Source: Candidatus Omnitrophota bacterium (lineage in GTDB: Bacteria > Omnitrophota > Gorgyraeia > Gygaellales > Profunditerraquicolaceae). From it: a stretch of DNA of 64,000 bases. Position 1 is the first letter of the stretch. The number at the start of each line of letters is the position of its first letter. The stretch is taken from the NCBI GenBank assembly GCA_016867115.1, contig VGKG01000004.1:6536-70535 (forward strand), written 5' to 3'. A program made the position numbers and the translations under genes. This document shows, piece by piece, positions 35,466 to 44,645 of the stretch. The notes under the pieces are model-generated. The model was given only the letters and a program-made list of their open reading frames with translations, had not been told where the DNA came from and ran no database searches.

Positions 35466-36695
35466 TCAGTCCTTCCTGTCATTTATTCCGGCAAGATAAA
35501 ACGTGCCTAAACCGTTCAGCTCCCTGAACAGATTGACGCCTATCTTGAAATTCTCTGACTCCCTGCGCTGCAATTTAACGATCCGGCTTAAGACCTTATC
35601 CAGGTCTTTGAGCCTTCCGGTCAGTTCGCTCTGTAGCGCTTTATGCAGACCTAAAAGCCTGCTGTCAAAGTGCCTGATGATCATTCTGGATGCATCTCTG
35701 ACAGAAGATAGGTCGTCTTCCTGCCAATCATTCTTCTGGTTTTGCACTAAGCCGGCCAGAAGGCTTGACAGGGAATCGACGTTCCTGGCAAGCGTCCGGC
35801 ATCCGGGTGCCTCAAGGAGGCTCCCGAAGACGCCTGCATCTTCATGCTGGCTGAACAGCCACCTTAATCTTAAAAGTGCCCTGTATTCCTTCCAGAGCGG
35901 ATGCATAAAGTCTATGCGCTCCGAGGTATAGGGATTTATCTCAAGCGGCAGCTCAATAGAAGGCCAGCTGCTGTAATACGATACGCCCTCTTCTTTGAAC
36001 CAGCCGATGACATTTTCAAGCGGCAGTCCGTACATATGCCTGTTGACCAGGTAATCAAAGACGACTGAGCGCTCTGTGCGCAAACCGAATCTTACCGAAC
36101 GCCTGATATGGTCCGGAAAAGCTTGCCTGGCGATCTCCATTATCTTTTTTTCGTCAAGTCCGGCTATCGCCCTGATGATGGAGCGATGCAGCAACCGCTG
36201 CACGATCCCCAGCTCTTCCACAAAACCGACTACGATGAATCCTCCGGGCTTAGATGCCCGGATCATATTCCTGAATACTTTGGCCGGATCCTGGACATGG
36301 GGAAGTACGCCCAGGCTGATTACAAAATCTCCTCTCCTTTGCGGGAATATCCGGTTATGGATGTCAGCTACCTTGAAAGTAAGCCTTGAATTTAGAGCAA
36401 AGTGTCCTGCTAATTGCCTGGCGCGGCTGATACTGTCAGGGTTAAAGTCGGCTCCGGCTACGACCGCCTTATTCCTGGCGAGGAACACGTCTATCTCTCC
36501 TGTGCCGCAACCAAAATCAAAGACCTTTGCCCCGGATAATGCAGAGAGGGGGATCTTCAGGCGGCCCTGCCACAGCTCTTTCTGCCAGCCGAAGAGCTTA
36601 TTATAATAATCTCTGCTCTCGATGCTTATCGCCGAAGGGCTTGCTTTACGGTAAACCTCAAGGACTTCTTTTCCAACCCTGCTTCTTTTCTTCAT
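35466..36695 (-). CDS. Class I SAM-dependent methyltransferase (long form)
   Basis: VFDFGCGTGEIDVFLARNK motif I and SKPGGFIVVGF. 409 aa. Confidence 0.65.
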   Translation of the reverse strand: MKKRSRVGKEVLEVYRKASPSAISIESRDYYNKLFGWQKELWQGRLKIPLSALSGAKVFDFGCGTGEIDVFLARNKAVVAGADFNPDSISRARQLAGHFALNSRLTFKVADIHNRIFPQRRGDFVISLGVLPHVQDPAKVFRNMIRASKPGGFIVVGFVEELGIVQRLLHRSIIRAIAGLDEKKIMEIARQAFPDHIRRSVRFGLRTERSVVFDYLVNRHMYGLPLENVIGWFKEEGVSYYSSWPSIELPLEINPYTSERIDFMHPLWKEYRALLRLRWLFSQHEDAGVFGSLLEAPGCRTLARNVDSLSSLLAGLVQNQKNDWQEDDLSSVRDASRMIIRHFDSRLLGLHKALQSELTGRLKDLDKVLSRIVKLQRRESENFKIGVNLFRELNGLGTFYLAGINDRKD

Positions 36696-36704
36696 GGTCT
36701 TCCT

Positions 36705-37673
36705 TTAGAGAGGAGTTGCCGTCACTGCCAGAAATATATCCCGGCAGCGGGAATCTAACATGACTTTTTTAGGCCTTGCCATAGCAAAGTAAAATATTGA
36801 AATCACCGGCAGCCATAGATATACCCATAAAACCTTGGCGATAAACTTTAAGCGCAAATACTTAAGCAATCTGTTCATCCGGATCATCAACTTCAAAAAC
36901 GGCCTTGTCTGGGTATCGTATATCCTCCAGAGCAAGGGTGAAACCTGCGAATATGCTTCCTCTATCCTGAAGCCTCCCTTCTTGAGTAACGCCTCCCACT
37001 CCCTGGCGCTCTTTGAGAAGATGCCGCCTATCTCATCGTGTCTCCCGCCGTCAAGAGCAAGGAAATAATCTGACAAGGCTTTAAATCCTACCTTATTAAA
37101 GAACCTGTGCAACTTATAGCATACAAAGTTCTCTCTTACCCCGCTGTTTACTACCAGCATCAATAATCTTCCGTCAGACTTTATTACTCTTCTTATCTCC
37201 TGAAGCGTACGCTCATAATCAGTAAGGCCGTGAAACGTATAGAGAAAAATCGTGCCAAAATGATTATCCTTTGCCGGCAATGCTTCAGGCAGAGACGAAG
37301 TAAGATATTTACATATTCCTGTCTTGCGGGCCTTGAGTAAATGGCTTAATTTAAGGTCAATACCAAGGTCATAACGTAATGTTGCATTCTTACATATCCC
37401 TAAGCTACGACCCTCTTTATAAATATCGTAGATATCGCCTTTTTTAGCTACATCCGCCTGGTCGTACCTGTCATCCAAGAATCTAAATGCGCCTGCGTGC
37501 ATAATAAAGGAAAAAACGCCGTCCCCCCCTCCAATCTCAAGCAGAGGCCCCCTGGTCCAGTCAAATTTTAAGAGCGCTGCGGCATTCGCCGTGTCATTAA
37601 CCGCATCAAAAGGTTTAAGCCAGTACATCTGCAAATATCTCTTTAAAAGCCGGATAGTTTCGCAAGAGCCCAT
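36705..37673 (-). CDS. Putative SAM-dependent methyltransferase
   Basis: LLEIGGGDGVFSF motif I-like and IKSDGRLLMLV. Confidence 0.5.
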   Translation of the reverse strand: MGSCETIRLLKRYLQMYWLKPFDAVNDTANAAALLKFDWTRGPLLEIGGGDGVFSFIMHAGAFRFLDDRYDQADVAKKGDIYDIYKEGRSLGICKNATLRYDLGIDLKLSHLLKARKTGICKYLTSSLPEALPAKDNHFGTIFLYTFHGLTDYERTLQEIRRVIKSDGRLLMLVVNSGVRENFVCYKLHRFFNKVGFKALSDYFLALDGGRHDEIGGIFSKSAREWEALLKKGGFRIEEAYSQVSPLLWRIYDTQTRPFLKLMIRMNRLLKYLRLKFIAKVLWVYLWLPVISIFYFAMARPKKVMLDSRCRDIFLAVTATPL

Positions 37674-38728
37674 CAGCTGTTTTCCGAATATTTAAATGAA
37701 TCTTTTACTGCCTTGATGATTTCTGAAACCTGCTTATCTTTTAATGCCGGGTAGAGGGGAATGGATACTGCTTTGGCCCATACAATATCGCTTCCGGGAA
37801 AATTGCCCTTTGAGCGAATATAACGATGGAGCGGCTTATAAACCGGCCTGTCGCAGAGTATCCCGCGCTTCTGCATAGACCTGATTAAATCTTTTGACCT
37901 TGAAGTGCAGATCACAAACCGATAAAAACTTGGGGTAGTCCCGGGCAATACTTTCTGAAAATTAACCGGCAGACGCATAAATGCCTTTTCATATCTTGCG
38001 GCGATCAAAGACCTGCGGCTGACAAAAGACTCTATCTTCCTTAGCTGGCTTAAAGCAAATCCGGCGGTTAAGTCGCTCATCTTATAGTTAAAGCGCACTT
38101 TGTAATCATCCCGCATATCAGGGTCATTTAAATCCCGGATGCGCTCTGCAAGATCGAAGTCATTCGTACAGAGCATCCCGCCTTCGCCAGAACAGAGCAT
38201 CTTGGTGGCATACATAGAAAATACCGCTATTCTCCCTCTTGAGCCGGTGGGCCTGCCCTTGTAAAGCGAACCTATTGCATGAGCGCAATCCTCTATTACC
38301 GGGATGCCCGGCTTTATAATCCGCTCTAAGTCTGCCGGGAATCCAAAGGTATGGGTGACAATAATTGCCTTTGTTTTCTTTGCTAACTTTGGCTTGATTG
38401 TTTCAGGGGTCAGATTGAAAGTTTCAGGATCAATATCTGCCAATACGGGGATAGCCCCGGAATAATTAACGGCATTTAAAAGCGCGCTGCATGCGTAAGA
38501 AGGGATAATCACCTCATCAGTCTCTTTAATTCCTAAAGCAAGCAGGGCAAGATGCAATGCTGCGGTGCCGCTTGAGGTAGCGAGAGAATAGCGCAGACGG
38601 AATCTTCGCGTCATCTCATTCTGCAAAGATTCCACAAACTCTCCCCTGGCCACCTGTCCGGTTTTTATAATCTCCCTGACATAACCAAAATCCTCTTTTG
38701 CTATTAACGGCATTGCTTGCTTAATCAT
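37673..38728 (-). CDS. DegT/DnrJ/EryC1/StrS aminotransferase (PseC/PglE-like)
   Basis: SSGTAALHLALLALGIKETDEVIIPSYACSALLNAVNYSGAIPVLADID … EDCAHAIGS. Confidence 0.85.
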   Translation of the reverse strand: MIKQAMPLIAKEDFGYVREIIKTGQVARGEFVESLQNEMTRRFRLRYSLATSSGTAALHLALLALGIKETDEVIIPSYACSALLNAVNYSGAIPVLADIDPETFNLTPETIKPKLAKKTKAIIVTHTFGFPADLERIIKPGIPVIEDCAHAIGSLYKGRPTGSRGRIAVFSMYATKMLCSGEGGMLCTNDFDLAERIRDLNDPDMRDDYKVRFNYKMSDLTAGFALSQLRKIESFVSRRSLIAARYEKAFMRLPVNFQKVLPGTTPSFYRFVICTSRSKDLIRSMQKRGILCDRPVYKPLHRYIRSKGNFPGSDIVWAKAVSIPLYPALKDKQVSEIIKAVKDSFKYSENS

Positions 38729-39743
38729 TCTTTGATAAACCCTTTATGATGCACAGAATCCTCTCTGCGCCACGCCCGTCCACCAGTTCTTTACCTTTAA
38801 TGGCGTGACTTTTCCTGACTGCGGGGTCATCGAATTTATCAAGTCCCGCCAGGATCCTCTCTTTTTTAACGTTTGCTCCCTTTCCCAGGCAGGCTCCGAA
38901 ACCGCGCCTCTGAAAAGCCAGGCCGCTTTCTCTCTCGTGCTCATCTTCATAAAGCACTACCGCAGGCACGCCAAGGCAGGCAAGTTCATACAAGGTATTA
39001 CCTCCGGCAGTAAAAACCACGTCCGATTTAAGGAATAACGGCACCACATTTTTAACATTACGGTATATCTTGAAATTAAGCCTTCCCAGCACCTTCTCCA
39101 CCCTCTTGAGCTGAGAGAAGAACGGAAAGGCTGCGCCAAGGATTATATTTTTCCTTACTTCCTTGCGCCATCCGGAAAGCGCATCGATGATATTCAAGGT
39201 AGCTCCGCTCCTGTCCGCTCCTCCCATGCTTACGCTGACTTCCCTGATAACGCCTTTAAAGGCCCTGCGCCTGTCGTTTGCTTCAGCAAACTTAGGCGAG
39301 ATTGCAAGATAATCAGCTCCGGCATAAAGCCTGGCCTTTCTGCCGGATGCAGGATAACGGCGATATTTACTTACGATTAGCGGATTGACTATCGCGTCAC
39401 AATCCAGGGTGCGCCCTCCAAGCTCGTCAATGCATAGCGTCTTAAGGCCAGTGCCGGGAAGATCCCGTAAGGCGCTATTGTTTATCCTTCTGAGATTAAA
39501 TACCGCAACGTCGAATTTCTTAGCCTTCAAGACATTTACCACGCCGTGCACATCAGAAAAGGTGCCGTATGAAAACGGTATTTTATCCAGGATAGGCCCA
39601 GGCGAGCTGCGGTTTACCCAAAGCTCAACGTCCATGCCGCTCTTTCTGGCTGATTTTACCACGTTCAGACTCTCCATCAGGTGCCCGGTGCCTATTTTTC
39701 TAGATGCCTCGGTAAACACCGCTAAAGATGGCCTGTCTTTCAT
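38721..39743 (-). CDS. PseG-like UDP-sugar hydrolase (GT28 C-terminal-domain fold)
   Basis: The N-terminal LAVFTEASRKIGTGHLMESLNVVKSA matches the PseG FRxDxSxxIGxGHxxRxLxLAK motif. A SMGGAD motif is present and it is adjacent to the NeuB-like synthase. Confidence 0.6.
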   Translation of the reverse strand: MKDRPSLAVFTEASRKIGTGHLMESLNVVKSARKSGMDVELWVNRSSPGPILDKIPFSYGTFSDVHGVVNVLKAKKFDVAVFNLRRINNSALRDLPGTGLKTLCIDELGGRTLDCDAIVNPLIVSKYRRYPASGRKARLYAGADYLAISPKFAEANDRRRAFKGVIREVSVSMGGADRSGATLNIIDALSGWRKEVRKNIILGAAFPFFSQLKRVEKVLGRLNFKIYRNVKNVVPLFLKSDVVFTAGGNTLYELACLGVPAVVLYEDEHERESGLAFQRRGFGACLGKGANVKKERILAGLDKFDDPAVRKSHAIKGKELVDGRGAERILCIIKGLSKND

Positions 39744-39749
39744 TGTAAG

Positions 39750-40628
39750 TTATCCTACGCGCTGAAATCTTCCTATTAAGAAGTTCCTAAGGATCTTTTC
39801 TCCTTTAGAGCGCTCCCATTTTCTGGCTCCCAGCATACTCTCGACTTCGCGTATCTCTCTAACCATCTCCTTCAATTCCAAAGGTTCAAGAGATAAAACA
39901 TGGTCAGTACCAAGATATTTCCCGCCACTCTTAAAGTTCCTTACCGGAGTCTCCCTGTCCAACGTGATATGTTTCTCGATGACCTTAGCGCCCATAGCCA
40001 CGGCAGCTACCGGAGCAAGCATCCCGCCGGTATGGTCAGAATAGCCTACTGGCTTGCCAGGGAAAGCATCCATCAGGATCATCATCATATTTAACCTTAC
40101 ATCTCGGGGAGATAATGCCGCCAGCCCCCTCTTCTTTAATAGCGGTCCGGTAGGATATTCGGAAATGCAGTGCATGATATAAAGCTCCCGGATATTATTA
40201 AGGAGCTTTACCGCCCGCTTAACCTCGGAGAGTGAAGCCATCCCGGTTGAGATAAATATACGTTTAAAGTTTTTATTCAAGAACCTTACCAGGTTGAGAT
40301 CGTGTATCAGGGTACTTGCGATCTTGGCTTCCCGGATACCCTGGTCAAGGAGCCATTGCGCGGTCTTTACGTTCTCCGGGGTAAAAAGTATCTTTATCCC
40401 GCATCTCTTTGCGTAAGCGACCAATCCTTTAATGTCTTCGGGGTCAAGTGATACTTTTTTAAACCATTCTTTCTCCGGGTCGCTCTCCGAGATCGCCTCG
40501 CGGTCAAGGGTCTGAAATTTTACGTAGTCGCATCCGGCTTGCGATGCGGCAGTGATGAGCTTTCTTGCCGCCCTTAAATCTCCGTTAAAACATTCGCCTA
40601 CTTCCGCGATAATGATCGTCTTATTCAT
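39750..40628 (-). CDS. N-acetylneuraminate/pseudaminate synthase family (NeuB/PseI-like), short form
   Basis: MNKTIIIAEVGECFNGDLRAARKLITAASQAGCDYVKFQT TIM-barrel start. At 292 aa it appears to lack most of the C-terminal SAF/antifreeze-like domain. Confidence 0.8.
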   Translation of the reverse strand: MNKTIIIAEVGECFNGDLRAARKLITAASQAGCDYVKFQTLDREAISESDPEKEWFKKVSLDPEDIKGLVAYAKRCGIKILFTPENVKTAQWLLDQGIREAKIASTLIHDLNLVRFLNKNFKRIFISTGMASLSEVKRAVKLLNNIRELYIMHCISEYPTGPLLKKRGLAALSPRDVRLNMMMILMDAFPGKPVGYSDHTGGMLAPVAAVAMGAKVIEKHITLDRETPVRNFKSGGKYLGTDHVLSLEPLELKEMVREIREVESMLGARKWERSKGEKILRNFLIGRFQRVG

Positions 40629-40632
40629 AGCC

Positions 40633-41340
40633 TTAGAGAAACAACTCAGCCATCACTTCTACGCCTTCGCCATTGATGATCTTCATGCTTTGCGGGCCAT
40701 GGTTAAAAATCAGGTCTGCTACCGACATGCAGGGCAAAAAGGGGGCGTGGAGTTGGCTGTAGATAGGATGATGAAATTCCTGGAAGGAAACATTTATGCC
40801 GGCATTCTTAAATGCGTCCAGGTCCAGATACTCCCTGCCGGATATGCCGGAGAAATAGCTATCCGCTTTTATTTTCTTACATATATCCAGAATCAACTCG
40901 CCTGACTTGCCTTCTGCTCCGAGTTCAGAAGCAAAAACCATTCTGGCGTTTATTCCGAGGACCTTGAATGCGAATCTCAGCAGAGAAACGTTTAAAGCGC
41001 ATAAATTTACGGCTGATGTATCCAGTGCTTCGCGCAGTTCATTTTCATAGCGGTCAAAGAATTTGCCGCGCTTATAACTCAGATAAACCGCATTCCACCA
41101 CTTTTCCTTCCAGCGCGGCTCATCGCTTATCGCTACGTCCCTGATCAGTGTATCCAGCGAACGGATAACCGGGACAGTAATCCACTGCCAGCCGTCCTGC
41201 GTCCTGATCTTATTGCGGTTCTGAAAGTAGTTCTTCCTGAACTGCACGTTATCCAGGATAACGATGCAATCAGCCTGGGATGCCTTGTGAAAGAATCCAA
41301 GCCACGGAAGATGCTCGGGCTGGTGTATGGTCACTATCAT
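40633..41340 (-). CDS. WbqC-family protein
   Basis: MIVTIHQPEHLPWLGFFHKASQADCIVILDNVQF is the WbqC-like N-terminal pattern. 235 aa. Confidence 0.7.
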   Translation of the reverse strand: MIVTIHQPEHLPWLGFFHKASQADCIVILDNVQFRKNYFQNRNKIRTQDGWQWITVPVIRSLDTLIRDVAISDEPRWKEKWWNAVYLSYKRGKFFDRYENELREALDTSAVNLCALNVSLLRFAFKVLGINARMVFASELGAEGKSGELILDICKKIKADSYFSGISGREYLDLDAFKNAGINVSFQEFHHPIYSQLHAPFLPCMSVADLIFNHGPQSMKIINGEGVEVMAELFL

Positions 41341-41342
41341 GT

Positions 41343-42404
41343 CTATCTGCCTATCTCCTCGCTCCTGCCCGTATATTTCTCGACAACGATCCTCTTACCG
41401 CCGAAATGCTCTACCACAGGCTCCGCTTTCCGGGGCAAGAAACAATGCTTACAGGCGGAAAGAACTTCTACCCCTTCATGCTGCGCATGCGCCTGGCGCA
41501 CGCGTCTCATCTTGGAGCCATTCCAGATGTCATAGATAGAGCTTTCCAACACATCCCCTACGATAAACGTATTGAATTCGTCATTGTGGCAATAAGGCAC
41601 CTGGCCGTTAAAAAGCACGGTAAGCCGCTGGTACGGAGTAGGACAGTCAAAATTATCCCAGTATTCGATTGCTTCAGGGTTATCGTTATGCAGATAATCT
41701 ATGAGCGGGTTTGAAGAGATGGCATCAACAAAAGGCGAAAATAGATCGATGTATTCCCGCGCGTAATCCTTGATTGCAGGCCAGACACTCTGGATCTTGA
41801 TAACCGGTTTATCAGATCTGGCCTTCTCTTTTATGGACTTATAGGCCGTGACCTTAGCCAGTGACTCTTCGAATTTAGCGGGTTTACGGATCTCCTCGTA
41901 GGTCTTTCCCAGGCCATCAAAAGAGATAGTCAGCCAATCCAGGCCTGCCTTCATTGCTTTTTCGAAGAGCTCAGGAGTAAGCGCCAGAATATTGCTTAGT
42001 GAAGCGACCTCCTTGATCCCTTTTTGTTTGGCATAAGCGATAAAATCAACGGCCTGCGGGTGCACAAACGGCTCTCCGCGGTGGCTAATGCGTATCGAAT
42101 ATGCCTTGTAGCGGCTGGCTTCATCCACCGCCTTTTTGAACAGGGAAAACTCCATCAAGCCTTTATCTATCTTTGCTTTGAAGTCGTCGGTAGTGGTAAA
42201 ACACATCGGGCAACGCATATTGCAGACTGCGGAGGTCTCAATATCAAGATGAACCGGAAAACGGGAGACGAAATGCAGGCGTGGATAAGTATGCCAGTGC
42301 AGGCGGTTCAGTAAATACGCCCACATATGGCCCCTACCGCGGTTAAGAAAGAACCTAAAATCTTTGGCGCGGGAAATACAAACCTGATCCCTGTTAATCC
42401 TCAT
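41343..42404 (-). CDS. Radical SAM (likely SPASM-domain) protein
   Basis: ETSAVCNMRCPMCF CxxxCxxC cluster plus C-terminal cysteines (CPTPYQRL…YCHNDEFN). Start placed at the internal MRIN to avoid a 125-nt overlap. The track ORF extends to 42518, and 42326 is another possible start. Confidence 0.75.
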   Translation of the reverse strand: MRINRDQVCISRAKDFRFFLNRGRGHMWAYLLNRLHWHTYPRLHFVSRFPVHLDIETSAVCNMRCPMCFTTTDDFKAKIDKGLMEFSLFKKAVDEASRYKAYSIRISHRGEPFVHPQAVDFIAYAKQKGIKEVASLSNILALTPELFEKAMKAGLDWLTISFDGLGKTYEEIRKPAKFEESLAKVTAYKSIKEKARSDKPVIKIQSVWPAIKDYAREYIDLFSPFVDAISSNPLIDYLHNDNPEAIEYWDNFDCPTPYQRLTVLFNGQVPYCHNDEFNTFIVGDVLESSIYDIWNGSKMRRVRQAHAQHEGVEVLSACKHCFLPRKAEPVVEHFGGKRIVVEKYTGRSEEIGR

Positions 42405-43041
42405 ACGACTTTTCCTGCAATATCTTCTCAGCCAGCCAGAAATCAAAAGCATCATCAATTTCGGTATTTTCAGCCCGGCTGATCGATTTCCGACAGATCT
42501 TTTTTCCGTAACGGTCACCCTTACTGACCAGGTCAGCCCTCATCACATAGACATTGCCGTCATCGTAGAAAAAACCCTTGATATCCTGCCTTCTTAAGTC
42601 ATTCCTGGCGTACTCCGCGCATTTGCAGATAAAGCCGGTAGCCAGGGAATCATACCCACCTTCAGCAAACTCCTTTATGCAGGCATCGATTAATCCTGGC
42701 TTTCTGACGGGCGAAGTCGGCTGAAGAAGAACCAGAGTATCGCAAGGAAAAGCTTCTAAGGCGTGCTTTAAGACGTCCAGAGTATCTGCCTCATCCGTGG
42801 AAAGCTCTGCGGGTCGGTGTAAAACTAGAGCCCCAAGGCCTTTAGCGACCCTGGCGATCTCATCATCCTCGGTAGAAACGATACAGCGGTCGATCAATTT
42901 TGATCCCTTCGCCGCCTCAATGGTCCAGGCGATAAGGGGCTTTCCCGCGATAGGTTTTATATTCTTGCGCGGTATACCTTTGCTGCCTCCGCGCGCAGGA
43001 ATAACTGCCAGAATCATTTCTCCCACTTTCTCCTTATACAC
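42394..43041 (-). CDS. Acylneuraminate/pseudaminate cytidylyltransferase (NeuA/PseF-like)
   Basis: MILAVIPARGGSKGIPRKNIKPIAGKPLIAWTIEAA is the canonical CMP-NeuAc synthetase N-terminus. Confidence 0.8.
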   Translation of the reverse strand: MYKEKVGEMILAVIPARGGSKGIPRKNIKPIAGKPLIAWTIEAAKGSKLIDRCIVSTEDDEIARVAKGLGALVLHRPAELSTDEADTLDVLKHALEAFPCDTLVLLQPTSPVRKPGLIDACIKEFAEGGYDSLATGFICKCAEYARNDLRRQDIKGFFYDDGNVYVMRADLVSKGDRYGKKICRKSISRAENTEIDDAFDFWLAEKILQEKSYED

Positions 43042-43691
43042 ATAAAAGCCTCGGCATAATCATAGCCGATCTCCGTCCCTCTTTTCTGTGCCAAAACCCT
43101 GATGGCCTTTTCCGACCTGGGATGCGGATACTTCCTTCTCTCGGTTTCATAGCACATCATCGCCTTAAGTTTCTTGTCGATAAAGCGCCCGATATCGATG
43201 TAATAATTCGGCAGGAATGAAAGTCCGGAAAGCTGCGGGGACTGCTCGGTAGAAGAAGGGACCTCGTACATATTCAATTCTTTAATAAACGCTGTTGCAG
43301 CAGGCCTTAAGACCACTCTTGCCGCGTCAAAAACGGCGCGGTGATCCTGGTTATTGTCCTGCCTGAAAGGAAGGTAAATAATTTGCGGCTTTATCGCCTT
43401 CACGTGTCTCTCAAGGGGGATGATTATATCCTGAAGACATTTATCTAACCTCTCATCGTCCAGCCCTAAGAAAACCACGTCATCATAACCCAGCACCTTC
43501 TTTGCCTTTAAGGCATGGCTCTTCTCGATCTCGGACTTCTTATCGTTAAACTGGTGGTTGTAGATGCGATGCGCCACAAAGATTACGCTGACCTTATCTG
43601 CGCAGGCCTTATGTTTAAGGATCGCCCCTGCGCAGCCAAGCGCCTCGTCATCCATGTGCGCGGCAATTATCAGGATCTTTCGCTTACTCAT
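43014..43691 (-). CDS. PIG-L/LmbE family deacetylase
   Basis: ILIIAAHMDDEALGCAG signature. Confidence 0.75.
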   Translation of the reverse strand: MSKRKILIIAAHMDDEALGCAGAILKHKACADKVSVIFVAHRIYNHQFNDKKSEIEKSHALKAKKVLGYDDVVFLGLDDERLDKCLQDIIIPLERHVKAIKPQIIYLPFRQDNNQDHRAVFDAARVVLRPAATAFIKELNMYEVPSSTEQSPQLSGLSFLPNYYIDIGRFIDKKLKAMMCYETERRKYPHPRSEKAIRVLAQKRGTEIGYDYAEAFMCIRRKWEK

Positions 43692-43699
43692 CTTACTCT

Positions 43700-44644
43700 T
43701 TATTTTTTCAGGACTTCGTCAGTCTTATCCCAGTCAGCCTTGCGCTTCTCTTCGCGCTCCTTGTACCACTTGATGTACCTGCGTACACCCTCCTCAAAAC
43801 TTATCTTCGGTTCCCAGCCTAACTCCTTCTTCGCCAAGTCGCTTGAGACCTCTTTACCCGAGAAATCGCCGGGCCTGGCAGGGGTAAACTCGATTTTCAC
43901 GTCGCCGAGTATCTTTTTGACTGTCTCGGCGATCTGCTTAATGGTTACTTTTTCTTTCCCGTCAAGGTTGTATATCTTGTTCTTCCCGATTTCTTTCAGT
44001 GCCAGGACATTGCCTTCGGCCAAATCCTCGACATAGATGAACTTCCGAAACTGCATTCCGTCCCCTGCGATGGTAAGCGGCTCGCCATTTGTGGCCTTTC
44101 TTACGAAAATGGGGATGACTGCGCCGTCCCTGGCTCTGGGACCGTAGGGTATCCCGTACCTTAAGATAGTGACATCCATCCCGTAGAGCTTGCTGTAGGA
44201 CTGGCAGTAATATTCCCCGGTTAACTTAGTAGCGGTATAAAGATGCGTCGGGGCATGCAGGGGCGTGGTTTCATCCACCTGATTCTGCGTCGCTTCACTG
44301 TAAACCCAGGTGGTACTTCCGTAGATTATTCTCTTGACGCCCGCATTCCTTGCCGCCTCCAGGACATTGATAGTACCGCGCACATTAATCGACTCTGAGC
44401 GGTAAGGATCGTTATAGACGTCCTTAACGTCGGCTACCGCGGCTAGATGAAAAACAGCGTCTATACCGTGCATGGCAAAACCTAAGGAAGTGATATCCAG
44501 TATGCTTCCCTGATAGTATTCGATATCCTTCCTGTAGGTAGGCATTATCCCGTCGTAAACCCTGACTTCGATCCCTTTATCCCTCAGTTTGTCTACTACG
44601 TGTGAACCGATAAAACCCGAACCTCCCGTAACCAATGCTTTCAT
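43700..44644 (-). CDS. NAD-dependent epimerase/dehydratase (SDR-extended; UDP/dTDP-sugar 4,6-dehydratase or 4-epimerase-like)
   Basis: MKALVTGGSGFIGSHVVDKL and the YxxxK region. 314 aa. Confidence 0.8.
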   Translation of the reverse strand: MKALVTGGSGFIGSHVVDKLRDKGIEVRVYDGIMPTYRKDIEYYQGSILDITSLGFAMHGIDAVFHLAAVADVKDVYNDPYRSESINVRGTINVLEAARNAGVKRIIYGSTTWVYSEATQNQVDETTPLHAPTHLYTATKLTGEYYCQSYSKLYGMDVTILRYGIPYGPRARDGAVIPIFVRKATNGEPLTIAGDGMQFRKFIYVEDLAEGNVLALKEIGKNKIYNLDGKEKVTIKQIAETVKKILGDVKIEFTPARPGDFSGKEVSSDLAKKELGWEPKISFEEGVRRYIKWYKEREEKRKADWDKTDEVLKK

Positions 44645-44645
44645 A

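Noticed and set aside
42394-42518. 125-nt overlap between the radical SAM gene and the NeuA-like gene
   Set aside because: The overlap is most likely an artefact of using the longest ORF. Internal starts at 42404 (MRIN…) or 42326 remove it, so it is not treated as a genuine long overlap or frameshift.
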